Positions 47,745 through 56,645 of a DNA stretch of 64,000 nucleotides are shown in pieces. The DNA lies in the IMG/VR virus record IMGVR_UViG_3300045988_037736, positions 37,472 to 101,471 of that record; one strand, given 5' to 3'. This stretch comes from a virus. The stretch's first letter is position 1; each line of letters starts with the position of its first letter. The position numbers and the translations under genes were made by a program. The notes under the pieces are model-generated. The model did no database searches. It saw only the letters and a list, made by a program, of their open reading frames with translations, and was not told the origin of the DNA.

Positions 47745-47830
47745 TGGTAGGTAAAAGAATCGAACTTTTACTAGTACCATACCTACCAGTTGCTACCTTT
47801 AACCACCCCCTGTAGCTAGGTTGAGTTATA
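47745..47830 (-). other. Atypical tRNA-like element (acceptor/T-arm minihelix GGTAGGT...AAAAG-TTCGATT-CTTTT-ACCTACC-A; possible D-arm-less tRNA with loop GGTATGG)
   Basis: Perfect T-arm plus a 7-bp acceptor-like helix only ~53 nt apart; an upstream 7-bp stem ACTGGTA/TACTAGT with a 7-nt loop. No canonical cloverleaf found by eye. Confidence 0.3.
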
Positions 47831-47903
47831 CGACACTCAGAACAGAGCTAATATCTGAACATGTTACGTTGAGTCTTACACTAGTACTATTCTCTTTATT
47901 AGG

Positions 47904-47974
47904 CTGGGATAGAGAGAATCGAACTCTCACCAAGAGATTAACAGTCTCACGCTCGACCTTCGAGCTATATCCCA
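47904..47974 (-). tRNA. tRNA-Asn (GTT)
   Basis: D-arm GCTC-GAAGGTC-GAGC; anticodon loop CTGTTAA; T-loop TTCGATT. Confidence 0.65.
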
Positions 47975-48059
47975 AAGTGGGCAGTTTCTTTATCCTCTAA
48001 CTGCCGAAAAGAGGGACTAACAACAGTCCTACAATTTTATGAAAACATGAAAAACAAAG

Positions 48060-48133
48060 TGGACAATGAGGGACTTGAACCCTGAACTTCTCCTTGCAAA
48101 GGAGATGTGTTAGCCAATTACACCACAACGCCC
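48060..48133 (-). tRNA. tRNA-Ala (TGC), imperfect acceptor but G3:U70 and A73 present
   Basis: Anticodon stem TCTCC/GGAGA, loop TTTGCAA; D-arm GTGT-AATTGGCTA-ACAC. Confidence 0.5.
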
Positions 48134-48139
48134 ATTAAG

Positions 48140-48214
48140 TAGAGTAGACAAGACTCGAACTTGCAGTATCACTTCATCCCAAATGAAGGGGGTTACCTAT
48201 TACCCTACTACTCT
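48140..48214 (-). tRNA. tRNA-Pro (TGG)
   Basis: Anticodon stem CTTCA/TGAAG, loop TTTGGGA; D-arm GGGT-AATAGGTA-ACCC. Confidence 0.65.
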
Positions 48215-48220
48215 ATGTTG

Positions 48221-48305
48221 AGGAGAGCATTGGACTCGAACCAAAGCCAAATTAATGACCACACTATTTAGCAGATAGGTTTATCACCTTGATAAATTAC
48301 TCTCC
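48221..48305 (-). tRNA. tRNA-Ser (GCT)
   Basis: Type II tRNA; anticodon loop CTGCTAA; long variable arm. Confidence 0.55.
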
Positions 48306-48494
48306 AAGTTTCTTATATAAACCGCAGCAACAGTGGTCTAGTACTCTGTAGTTTGAGCAAGGACAGTGCTTATCTTCAGAGTTATTCTGACAAGGACACA
48401 GTCCATTGTTCTGTTCAACTCTTTTAAGTATTGAGTTGACTACTTTATCATTAGGGTTGAGCACCCACCCTTCTTTTCTCAGAATTGTTATCAT
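48297..48494 (-). CDS. Small Cys-rich protein with CPC...CPC...CHC-like motif (ferredoxin-thioredoxin-reductase catalytic-chain-like)
   Basis: MITILRKEGW...LCPCQNNSEDKHCPCSNYRVLDHCCCGLYKK. Start placed at an internal Met because the ORF-track N-terminus overlaps tRNA-Ser(TGA). Lies between two tRNA-Ser genes. Confidence 0.35.
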   Translation of the reverse strand: MITILRKEGWVLNPNDKVVNSILKRVEQNNGLCPCQNNSEDKHCPCSNYRVLDHCCCGLYKKLGE

Positions 48495-48496
48495 AG

Positions 48497-48583
48497 AGGA
48501 AGCCTGAGGACTCGAACCCCACCCACTTTCACATGAGCATTCAGTTTTCAAGACTGCTTCTATCCCTGATAGATTAGACTTCC
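48497..48583 (-). tRNA. tRNA-Ser (TGA)
   Basis: Type II tRNA; acceptor GGAAGTC/GGCTTCC; 3-bp D-stem; anticodon loop CTTGAAA; long variable arm. Confidence 0.55.
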
Positions 48584-48617
48584 ATTTGGCTCCTCTGAGC
48601 CTTTGTTACATAGCCAG

Positions 48618-48691
48618 CAGCCCATGGGGGAATTGAACCCCATCCCTCACATTGACAGTGTGATATGCAAAACCATTACACTTCATGAGCT
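48618..48691 (-). tRNA. tRNA-Asp (GTC)
   Basis: Anticodon stem TCACA/TGTGA, loop CTGTCAA. Confidence 0.6.
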
Positions 48692-48699
48692 ATATATTG

Positions 48700-48772
48700 T
48701 AGTGCCACTGGGGTTTGAACCCAGATTACTGCCTTGAAAGGGCAGTTTCCTGACCATTTAGAAGATGGCACC
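48700..48772 (-). tRNA. tRNA-Glu (TTC)
   Basis: Anticodon stem CTGCC/GGCAG, loop CTTTCAA; T-loop TTCAAAC. Confidence 0.65.
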
Positions 48773-48857
48773 ATGCACCCTACTTGCACCTTCACAGGCT
48801 AGGTAGGTAATGATTCTCACTTCTTTGCCATTTACATTCTTTTCACGAACAAGTTTG

Positions 48858-48929
48858 TACTCCCTGTAAGACTCGAACTTACAACTTAGGGCTTAGAAGA
48901 CCCTTGTTCTTCCATTGAACTAAGGGAGC
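48858..48929 (-). tRNA. tRNA-Arg (TCT)
   Basis: D-arm GTTC-AATGGAA-GAAC; anticodon loop CTTCTAA. Confidence 0.65.
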
Positions 48930-48933
48930 ATAG

Positions 48934-49005
48934 TTGCCACTAAAGGACTTGAACCCTTACACTCAGAACCAAAATCTGATGTGCTGACCATTACACCAAG
49001 TGGCA
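48934..49005 (-). tRNA. tRNA-Gln (TTG)
   Basis: Anticodon stem TCAGA/TCTGA, loop TTTTGGT; body nearly identical to the CTA suppressor. Confidence 0.65.
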
Positions 49006-49085
49006 ATGTTCTCTTGAATTACAGTGCAAAGTTAGGTAAAATTTTTGATATATGCAAATTTTTAGACAGAAAAAAAAGGAGAATC

Positions 49086-49140
49086 ACCACACTCGACGCG
49101 TCGGGTACAGGTGGCACGTTCTCCTTCTCTTTTTTTTTTA
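49086..49140. terminator. Complex GC-rich hairpin flanked by A- and T-runs (bidirectional terminator candidate)
   Basis: aaaaaaaaGGAGAAtcaCCACactCGACGCGTCGggtacaGGTGGcacgTTCTCCttctcttttttttt; nested stems plus a 10-bp palindrome CGACGCGTCG. Confidence 0.5.
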
Positions 49141-49527
49141 TTTTGTTAAAATTTTGTGTTGGCTTATGTTTTTTATAAAATACCTGCGAAAATCCTCCTG
49201 AGAGACAGGAGTCTATCTGCTTTTATAGGCCTAGTTAACAACATAGGTATTTCTAGTAAATAGATACTTAGCATGTTGTATTACCCCATTATCTACTTCA
49301 TAACGGCCTCCATTAGCTGGGACCTCTCCAACATAGACTTCTTTATTCTTAATAATTGCCTGGCGAATGCTTTGAAGATAAGTAGGTCCTATAGAACCTG
49401 CTATCACAGTTCCATCTACATAACACATTTCTTCAGCTAGGAAGGTTCTAACCTAATTATCTATATTTTTTATTTTAAAGTTAGCTTTCCACCTCCATTC
49501 TCTGAATGACCCATCTAATAAAGATTT

Positions 49528-49812
49528 CTACTCCTCAAGTTCCTCTTTCTGTGTAAACGCAGGAAGAAATTCTAAGTTTGCATCTAGAATATGATAATCG
49601 TCTGTATTAGCAGTTAATTTAATTAAACCAAGAATTCCTCTAGATTTTTGGCGTATTATAGATGGAATATAATTGGCTGTATATAGGTCCTCGACAAACG
49701 CATCCTTAGTTATTATATTAAGGACGTCTTGTATATTATGTATTTTATTTAATTCTTGCAACTCCAGCAAATGGGAGTTGTCGACTGTTCTTAATCTCGT
49801 AAGAACAGCCAC
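49528..49812 (-). CDS. Hypothetical protein (94 aa)
   Basis: Intact ORF. Confidence 0.35.
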   Translation of the reverse strand: MAVLTRLRTVDNSHLLELQELNKIHNIQDVLNIITKDAFVEDLYTANYIPSIIRQKSRGILGLIKLTANTDDYHILDANLEFLPAFTQKEELEE

Positions 49813-49866
49813 TTCTTCCTCATCGAGGGAGTAGTCTCCCCAAAAAGGAAATGAAAATAAAAAATA

Positions 49867-50172
49867 CTATATATTTTTTCCATTTCTTTTTAATGGTGGA
49901 GCGTCTATAACTATGGTATACGCAGTGTCAGTAGGTACCATGTTTCCTGGGTTCATATGACATGAGAAATTAGCCCAATAAACCTCTAAATAATCTTTAG
50001 GTGCAGGTTTATTACTTTCAGGAGTTAATAACACAAGTTTACCATTATCACTTCTCTCATATAACTCAACTTCATTCCCAACTTCTTTTACAAGTATTTC
50101 ATCTTTGGTAACTAGATTAGGGTCTCCCGACACTAATCTCTTACCTAGTATAGTCTCTTTTCTAGTTTTCAT
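49867..50172 (-). CDS. Hypothetical protein (101 aa)
   Basis: Intact ORF. Confidence 0.35.
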   Translation of the reverse strand: MKTRKETILGKRLVSGDPNLVTKDEILVKEVGNEVELYERSDNGKLVLLTPESNKPAPKDYLEVYWANFSCHMNPGNMVPTDTAYTIVIDAPPLKRNGKNI

Positions 50173-50303
50173 TTATTCTTATATATAATGCAAAGTTACA
50201 TAATAGCCATGATGTATCCAATAGGCTAAGTGTTTTTTTTTAGCTTATATAATAAAATAATTTATCTATGGCTTTTATATTACCATAGATAAATTATCAC
50301 ACT

Positions 50304-50750
50304 TTATACCATTCCAATAAAATCAATCAACATCCAATCCTTACTATCTCTATGCTTTTCTAGATTCTTCTTATTGAAGAACCTTGCATATAGCCAAGGC
50401 CACCAATCATCTAGTACTGTACCAGTCATGGAGGAGATTTTCTGAACAAGCTCTATATCATCTAGTTCAAACTTATATAACTGAACCCAATCAAATTTTC
50501 TTCTTCCGCAGAAAAATTTAATATGGGTATATGTCTCAGCCCATCTCTTACAATCATTAATAAACAGTCTTTCTTTATCTTCCCTGTTCTTAGTATTCTT
50601 TGACACTTCTAGAATTAATCTTACATAGATAGCTCTATTACGACTATTCAAATATTTAAATACTCCTTCTACATCTCCTTCAAATGCCATAGAGCCATGT
50701 CTAAATTCAGCTTCTCCATACTTATTATAAGAGACTCTTATATCAAACAT
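50304..50750 (-). CDS. Hypothetical protein (148 aa)
   Basis: Intact ORF. Confidence 0.4.
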   Translation of the reverse strand: MFDIRVSYNKYGEAEFRHGSMAFEGDVEGVFKYLNSRNRAIYVRLILEVSKNTKNREDKERLFINDCKRWAETYTHIKFFCGRRKFDWVQLYKFELDDIELVQKISSMTGTVLDDWWPWLYARFFNKKNLEKHRDSKDWMLIDFIGMV

Positions 50751-50882
50751 TCTAGCACCTAGCTTGTACTAATGGTCTATATGTCTACTTTGACATTTAG
50801 CTATGAAGTGAAAAGGTCTCATCCACCATCTTTTAGGTTTGAGATAAGACATTGAATTATGCGTGCCCAGTTTCATATTATA

Positions 50883-51230
50883 TTATTTTTTCTTTATATC
50901 CTTAACTTGCTCTATGTCAAGTACTTTTTGGTCGAGCAAATGCTTGGTACATCTTGCTAACCATTCAACAAAAGGCTCATCATCTGTTGAATGTAGGTAC
51001 TGACCCTCTGCTAATATTGCATGAAATAGTTCATGCAATAGGTATAGTTCCATCTCCTGTCTTGATGCAGGTTTACCTTCTCTATTGAGATACCTTATCT
51101 TTATTGTCTTTAGATTGAAGTCAGTCTCTCCCATAGTAGTTCTATCAGGGTTATCTGTCTCAATGTTATCAACATAAAGTATCTTATAGGTAGAGTTGAA
51201 TATCTTTATTGTTCTGTTCTTATATTTCAT
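50883..51230 (-). CDS. Small HExxH zinc-metallopeptidase-like protein
   Basis: LLHELFHAILAEGQY contains HExxH with a downstream E. Confidence 0.4.
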   Translation of the reverse strand: MKYKNRTIKIFNSTYKILYVDNIETDNPDRTTMGETDFNLKTIKIRYLNREGKPASRQEMELYLLHELFHAILAEGQYLHSTDDEPFVEWLARCTKHLLDQKVLDIEQVKDIKKK

Positions 51231-52792
51231 TCTGGAAGTTGTTGTACTGTATTTAGTAGAGCATCTGTACCAAACACAGTATAGGGATTAACCAAATTAG
51301 TCATGTCCATAGGAATACTATATGATTCTGTTGCAACTCTTCTAACTCCTCTTCCCCTCTTTAGAGGAGCTAAAGTTCTTTGTTCCCTAAGGGCATCTTG
51401 TAAATCATTATAGGTTCTTCTTGCTATTCTTCTAGTACCTTTAGTAGGATTTATAGTTGCAGCATGTCTTGCCCTTTGATAAGATTTTTCAGCTAACTCT
51501 ACGCTATTAACTGCCTTAGTTGCTTTTGCAGCTAACTTTCCTGTCTTTGTGGCTCCCTTGATGAGGGAGCCTCCAAATAAATCAGCTCCTAAACTTAAAG
51601 CAGCCCATCCTATATTTCCCCAGGAAGGATTTCTAATAGCTTCCTCTATATCCATGGCGGACCCTACAAATGGTACAAAGGATAGAGCCACATCTCCATA
51701 CTCATTTCCTGTAGATATTAGTCTATCAGTATCACCACCATCTCCATACTTATTTTTTTTTGACTTTCCAGTATACCTATAATATCTGTGCACTCCTGAA
51801 AAGTCCCCTCCTGACCTATTAGGGTCATCAAATCTAGGTAGAGGGCCTTGAAGTCTGTAGTCCCCCTTATTTCTTCCTCCATTAGAGTAGTTTACTAAGG
51901 TATCTCCCATTTCAATTGGGTAATCATTATGTATACCTTCTCCTTCAGCTACACTGTCAAACATTACAGCATGAGTTGGATGATTATCACTATTTGAAAG
52001 TATAATAATATCTCCAGGAACTGCCTCAGGTTGTGGTACCTCCTTATACCCAAAATCTTCAGGTCTAGCTGCCATATTGGCATTGGATGCCACGGTATTA
52101 GTAGGGTCATAGAATCCTGTTACTGTATTGAGGCAAGTGTGAGCGTTAGTGCCTATAATAGGCACTCCTACCAGCCAATTAGCTCCAAACTGCTGTGTTC
52201 CAGTCATGTCTTGAGCACTGCTAAAGTCAGCATTTGGACTTGTTGCTCTCCTACTCCTATTTAATGCAGAAGATTGAGGTGTGACTTCTACACTTCTCAG
52301 TACTTTAGAACCATCTGGTCCATATAATACAGGTGGTCTACTTTCTTGACCAAAGTAGTCCAGAGTCCTATCTGTATCCCAGTCTGTATTGAGTTGGTCT
52401 TCTGACATTTGGTAAGCATAATCATCGTGCCAGTGTCCTCCTCTTATACCTGTAGGGTTGTACTTATTTACAGTACCAGAGTACTGTGACTCATCTGAAA
52501 ATGATGGGTGTAAGACAGTCTTGAACCTATCAGTAAAGTGTGCATTACTGTCCTTATCAAGCATACTCCATGCAACATCAGGGTTTTCATCATAAAAACC
52601 TCTATAATCATAGGTAGGGTCATTATCTATGTCAATACCCTTATGTGCTTTTATCCTTTCCTTCCACTTTGTATAGCCACCCCTAGCAAAGCTATTATAA
52701 GCTTTATGAATCCTGTTAAGGTCCATTATACCTGATTTAACAGCCAGCTGTATTACTTTGGCTCTATCAGCCATTGATAAGTCTTTCCACAT
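51227..52792 (-). CDS. Hypothetical protein (521 aa), possible Cys/His peptidase-like region
   Basis: Intact ORF; the region ...GTNAHTCLNTV...HPTHAVMF... may be a CHAP/NlpC-like Cys-His pair (weak). Confidence 0.4.
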   Translation of the reverse strand: MWKDLSMADRAKVIQLAVKSGIMDLNRIHKAYNSFARGGYTKWKERIKAHKGIDIDNDPTYDYRGFYDENPDVAWSMLDKDSNAHFTDRFKTVLHPSFSDESQYSGTVNKYNPTGIRGGHWHDDYAYQMSEDQLNTDWDTDRTLDYFGQESRPPVLYGPDGSKVLRSVEVTPQSSALNRSRRATSPNADFSSAQDMTGTQQFGANWLVGVPIIGTNAHTCLNTVTGFYDPTNTVASNANMAARPEDFGYKEVPQPEAVPGDIIILSNSDNHPTHAVMFDSVAEGEGIHNDYPIEMGDTLVNYSNGGRNKGDYRLQGPLPRFDDPNRSGGDFSGVHRYYRYTGKSKKNKYGDGGDTDRLISTGNEYGDVALSFVPFVGSAMDIEEAIRNPSWGNIGWAALSLGADLFGGSLIKGATKTGKLAAKATKAVNSVELAEKSYQRARHAATINPTKGTRRIARRTYNDLQDALREQRTLAPLKRGRGVRRVATESYSIPMDMTNLVNPYTVFGTDALLNTVQQLPE

Positions 52793-53126
52793 AATATATT
52801 AATCCTAATTCCTAGCTACCATAATCAACCTATTCACTTAAAGATATAAAGAGACCTAGAGCAATTCACCAATTAAGCTCTCTGGTATAGTATTAAGATA
52901 GCATTGAAGGCGTTTATATACTATTAGTTCTTCTCTTCTTATCTCTAGCTCCAATTACCTCTGCCCTACTTATGGTATCCTTTACTTTCCCATGTTGGCT
53001 TGGAGACTTCTCAACTATCTTAACCTCTTCAACCTTAGTAGGTTGGCTATGTAGCCTAGTACTTGTTCTGTCCTAGTGGGTGCAAAGTTAGTAAAAATAT
53101 CTGACATATGCAAGAGGATAAGGAAA

Positions 53127-53160
53127 ATTTTTAATTTTTTTTTTGAAAAATTTTTGTAGA
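53127..53160 (+). promoter_or_regulatory. Sigma70-like promoter (TTGTAG-16nt-TGgTATAAT) with upstream AT-rich tract
   Basis: ttgtagattgtcgtgagtgtggtataat, preceded by aaaatttttaattttttttttgaaaaattttt; faces the plus-strand gene block starting at 53293. Confidence 0.35.
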
Positions 53161-53292
53161 TTGTCGTGAGTGTGGTATAATATACCAAATACTCCTCCCT
53201 TGCCTTTGACATTGGGATGGTACCCCCTGGCTTCGCCAGGTGTTGCTAATTATTCATCCCTTGCATTTGATAACACAAATTCATAGAATCAC

Positions 53293-53556
53293 ATGAAGAA
53301 GACAACCCTTCTTGCTGCACTCACTGCCATAGCAGCCTTTGCAGCAGGCTACTTCACTTGCCTCAAAGTGAACACAGACTCTGTCGAAGCTCACAGCTTC
53401 AAACTCCAACTCATTGATGCACAGAATGCTGCACTTGAGAAGGCAGAGATTGTCATGGACAATAATGACCTATGGGATGCTGATGGGTCTGATGACATGG
53501 CAGACTATCTTGAACTCTGCTGTGAGGTAGACAGCCTCTGGAAAACTCAGCTCTAA
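53293..53556 (+). CDS. Secreted/lipoprotein-like small protein
   Basis: Signal peptide MKKTTLLAALTAIAAFAAG. Confidence 0.45.
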   Translation: MKKTTLLAALTAIAAFAAGYFTCLKVNTDSVEAHSFKLQLIDAQNAALEKAEIVMDNNDLWDADGSDDMADYLELCCEVDSLWKTQL

Positions 53557-53651
53557 GAGCTAATCACTCCTCCTCTCCTCTTGACAAACTAAACTAACCA
53601 GTCAGCTAAAGACTAAGGAACCCCTGCTGACTTTTAATGGGGCTTGAGAGT

Positions 53652-53933
53652 ATGAATATTTTCGCAAATCTCCGTGTGTATGCAGGTAAGTGGCAGATAA
53701 AGGAAAGCAGAGCTTTCCTCCCTGAGGAGAAATCTGCTGTCATTCAGGCAGTAGTAGTTCCCTCACAGTATGGGAACTCTGTTCAGTTCACCATGCAGGG
53801 TGGTGGGCTGACCTACATACCTCTGTCTCAGAACTCTACACTTGGTGTAGGTGAAGTTGTGGACCTTGATAAGGCACAGCTTGTCACACTCTGTAAGAGT
53901 GGTGAGGCAGACATCTACAGAGTAGAACTCTAA
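53652..53933 (+). CDS. Small protein, paralog A (MNIFANLRVYAGKW...)
   Basis: Aligns along its full length with the product of 54322..54600 (NIF-NLR-YAGKW...SQYGNSV-F-M-GGG-T-IPLSQNS...IYRVE). Confidence 0.55.
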   Translation: MNIFANLRVYAGKWQIKESRAFLPEEKSAVIQAVVVPSQYGNSVQFTMQGGGLTYIPLSQNSTLGVGEVVDLDKAQLVTLCKSGEADIYRVEL

Positions 53934-54321
53934 CTCATTGGCAGGTAAGAGAGGACTTTGTCCTTTCTTCCTGCCTTTTCTTTTTCTCTCTACTAGTAGA
54001 AGCAATAGGTCATGTGTTGAAGCAAGGTCTCATGTGTAGAAGCAACAGTACTAGAGTTATAAAGTATGGTGAGATGTAGAATCAACTGTCATAATATACT
54101 TGCTATAAGTTTGGCTAATTACTCCTCCTTCGCTCTTGGCAATGGTCGGGTGATGATTGTTATAAGCTATTAGACTTGTCTTATCAGCTTTGCTAATTAC
54201 TCCTCCTTTGCCTTTGACTACACTCAACAGTCATAATTCAACAATCAACATTCATCAAACAACAGTTGGCATAAAGACTCAGGAACCCCTTGCCAACTTA
54301 ATGTGGGGATATGGAGATATG

Positions 54322-54600
54322 AATATCTTTAATTCACTCCGTAAGTATGCTGGTAAATGGGCAGTTATTGCCTCTCGTGCATTTTCTGCTGAAGAGCAGA
54401 GTGCAGTCACCTCTGCAACTGTGGTTGCCTCTCAGTATGGCAACTCTGTCTGCTTCATGATGGTAGGAGGAGGTCAGACCTTCATTCCTCTGTCACAGAA
54501 CAGCAGCAAGGCAGTGGGTGATACCATTGACCTCAGCAAGGCACAGCTTCTCACTCTTGCGAAAGATGGAGAAGACAACATCTACAGAGTAGAGGCATAA
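54322..54600 (+). CDS. Small protein, paralog B (MNIFNSLRKYAGKW...)
   Basis: Start moved to the internal Met matching paralog A; the ORF-track N-terminal extension covers repeat copy 4. Confidence 0.55.
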   Translation, partial: NIFNSLRKYAGKWAVIASRAFSAEEQSAVTSATVVASQYGNSVCFMMVGGGQTFIPLSQNSSKAVGDTIDLSKAQLLTLAKDGEDNIYRVEA

Positions 54601-54817
54601 GTCTCTGACTGTAAGAGAAATAGGAAGAGAGTGTAGGGCTATCATTAACCCTACCTCTTTTCCTCTCTTTTATATGTCTCATGCAGAAGCCACATCTGTA
54701 ATGTATAACTGTTCTTACTGAAGAAGCAATGGAGAACTTAGACCTAATTATAGGCACAGCCATACTATTTTTCATCTTTTTCCTACTGATAAAATACTCA
54801 GAATACAAGCACAAACA

Positions 54818-55111
54818 ATGAAAAAGCTCATAATCTGCTTACTCCTGTCCATATTTGCAGTAACAGGATATGCAGAAGTCAAAAGAGAAGGTGACACCTT
54901 CAAGGTTGAACAAACCAAATCTACTGCAAATGATACTCAGACCAAGTATATTTGGGAAGACAAACAAGGTAACAAGTATCCTATCTTTATCACTAAGAAA
55001 GGTGCTTGTTATGTCAAGAGAGTATCAAAGAAGACAGGCAAGGAATATAAGTATTATCTGCCTAAAGAAGTACAGACCCAAATCAAACAAGAGTTAGGTA
55101 TCAATGAATAA
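54818..55111 (+). CDS. Secreted small protein
   Basis: Signal peptide MKKLIICLLLSIFAVTGYA. Confidence 0.45.
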   Translation: MKKLIICLLLSIFAVTGYAEVKREGDTFKVEQTKSTANDTQTKYIWEDKQGNKYPIFITKKGACYVKRVSKKTGKEYKYYLPKEVQTQIKQELGINE

Positions 55112-55116
55112 ATCAA

Positions 55117-55482
55117 ATGACACAGCAAGAACAAGTTGTTGAAAGATTATCCTGGTTCAATAACTTAAGCTTCACCAAGAAGCAATGGGATATAATCCTC
55201 AAAGGGTGTGGCTGTCCAAAGTCACCCCATTTCTGGGCTGCTCTTAAAAGGAACAATCTTGTCAAATACTCAAAGATATTTACCTTAGTAGATATGGATA
55301 TACACAGTTATGCTATAATATTTGAGGAGTATAGCACAGCTAATAGAACTGCTGTGAAAAAGGCTTATGACAAAGCTAAGGCAATGAAACAGGCAAGAGA
55401 GAGAAGGAAATCATTTAAAGGCATTACCTTCTATATGGTAGGTGGTGCACTCACAACAGAAAAACCAGAAAGAGACATATGA
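55117..55482 (+). CDS. Hypothetical protein (121 aa)
   Basis: Intact ORF, tightly spaced after the previous gene. Confidence 0.45.
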   Translation: MTQQEQVVERLSWFNNLSFTKKQWDIILKGCGCPKSPHFWAALKRNNLVKYSKIFTLVDMDIHSYAIIFEEYSTANRTAVKKAYDKAKAMKQARERRKSFKGITFYMVGGALTTEKPERDI

Positions 55483-55706
55483 AGACAATAAAACTCACCC
55501 TTAAAGGAATAATGCTCTATGCCACAATGCTGACAACTATGGTATATATAGCAGGCATAGACAGTATCTATGACAATGGACACTTCCTTCTTGCAACAAG
55601 TATTGTGGCATTACCTATATATATATGCTACAAGACCATCACAGGGGAGGAATTCAACATACTATCAGGTAACAAACTATGGGGAATACCTGATGATGAA
55701 TCGTGA
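55479..55706 (+). CDS. Small membrane protein (75 aa)
   Basis: Two hydrophobic segments; 4-nt overlap with the upstream gene. Confidence 0.4.
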   Translation: MKTIKLTLKGIMLYATMLTTMVYIAGIDSIYDNGHFLLATSIVALPIYICYKTITGEEFNILSGNKLWGIPDDES

Positions 55707-55798
55707 TTTTGTGTTTTTTTAAGGTAAGGATGATTAATTTTAGGATGACGTCGGTAACACTTCACATAGTCTGTGAAGATAATGTGGAGTTTTTACTT

Positions 55799-55872
55799 GC
55801 CCTCATAGCTCATCAGGATAGAGCAACAGTTTCCTAAACTGTAGGTGGAAGGTTCGAGTCCTTCTGGGGGTA
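55799..55872 (+). tRNA. tRNA-Arg (CCT)
   Basis: GCCCTCA-TA-GCTC-ATCAGGATA-GAGC-A-ACAGT-TTCCTAA-ACTGT-AGGTG-GAAGG-TTCGAGT-CCTTC-TGGGGGT-A. Confidence 0.7.
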
Positions 55873-56135
55873 CTAAACAATTAAAGTAAGAAGGAAAATG
55901 AAAACAGAAACAATGGAGAAAGCAATACTGATTTTTCAGTGCATAGCAATTACTGTAGCCAGCCTATTCTATTTGATAGGTATGACACTTGATGCCATAT
56001 ATCTAGTAGCATTAGCAATATACGTAAAGAAGTGATGCAAATGGTTCCATAGCTCAAATGGATAGAGCAACAGACTTAAGATACTTTAACTCTAAGGATT
56101 TCATAGTATAGAAATTTATTACTAACTTTGCATAA

Positions 56136-56208
56136 CTCCCCTTAGTTCAGCGGATAGTAACAATGGTCTTCTAAACCATAAACCCCAGTTCGAGTCTGGG
56201 AGGGGAGA
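56136..56208 (+). tRNA. tRNA-Arg (TCT)
   Basis: CTCCCCT-TA-GTT-CAGCGGATAGT-AAC-A-ATGGT-CTTCTAA-ACCAT-AAAC-CCCAG-TTCGAGT-CTGGG-AGGGGAG-A. Confidence 0.7.
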
Positions 56209-56228
56209 CTAAAATAAATTTATATATT

Positions 56229-56645
56229 ATGAATCCAAAGAGAAGAAGTAATTGTATCTGCGTAAATTGTGGTGATGAATTTTATCCAGCATATAATATG
56301 TCTGGAAAGTATTGTTCAAATAAATGCCAGATGGAATACCAATCCAAGCAAAAATACCAAAGATATTTACAACATCCCGAAGAGTATGAAGGACAGAGTA
56401 ATATGTTTTGGGTAAAGAAACATATCCTAAAAGAACAAGAACATAAATGTTCTATTTGTGGATGTGTTGATACTTGGAATAATAAACCATTAGTATTTAT
56501 ACTTGACCACATTGATGGTCATGCTAACAACAATATTAGAACTAATCTTAGACTTGTTTGCCCTAATTGTGACTCACAGTTAGACACATACAAAAGCAAG
56601 AATAAGAATAGTGATAGAATTTATCATCATAATCATCACAGATAA
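56229..56645 (+). CDS. HNH homing endonuclease
   Basis: CxxC...CxxC N-terminus and HNH motif ...CSICGC...LDHIDGHANNNIRTNLRLVCPNCD; the TAA stop abuts or overlaps the start of the tRNA 3' half. Confidence 0.8.
   Translation: MNPKRRSNCICVNCGDEFYPAYNMSGKYCSNKCQMEYQSKQKYQRYLQHPEEYEGQSNMFWVKKHILKEQEHKCSICGCVDTWNNKPLVFILDHIDGHANNNIRTNLRLVCPNCDSQLDTYKSKNKNSDRIYHHNHHR

Larger units (their letters stand above)
53180..54222 (+). repeat. Four copies of a ~28-nt direct repeat (GCTAAT)TACTCCTCCYTTGCYTTTGAC
   Basis: Copies at ~53180 (ccaaatactcctcccttgcctttgacatt), 53243 (gctaattattcatcccttgcatttgataa), 54112 (gctaattactcctccttcgctcttggcaa) and 54190 (gctaattactcctcctttgcctttgacta). Confidence 0.6.

Noticed and set aside
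53015-53212. 65-aa minus-strand ORF in the divergent control region
   Set aside because: Overlaps the promoter-like and repeat elements; more likely non-coding regulatory DNA.
54190-54321. N-terminal 44 aa of ORF 54190..54600
   Set aside because: Covers repeat copy 4. The paralog at 53652 starts at the equivalent internal Met (MNIF...).
56078-56643. Group I intron as the definitive explanation for the tRNA-splitting insertion
   Set aside because: I could not identify the P4/P7 cores, the G-binding site or a consistent omega-G junction by eye, and the insert also contains an independent tRNA. Kept only as one hypothesis within the split-tRNA finding.
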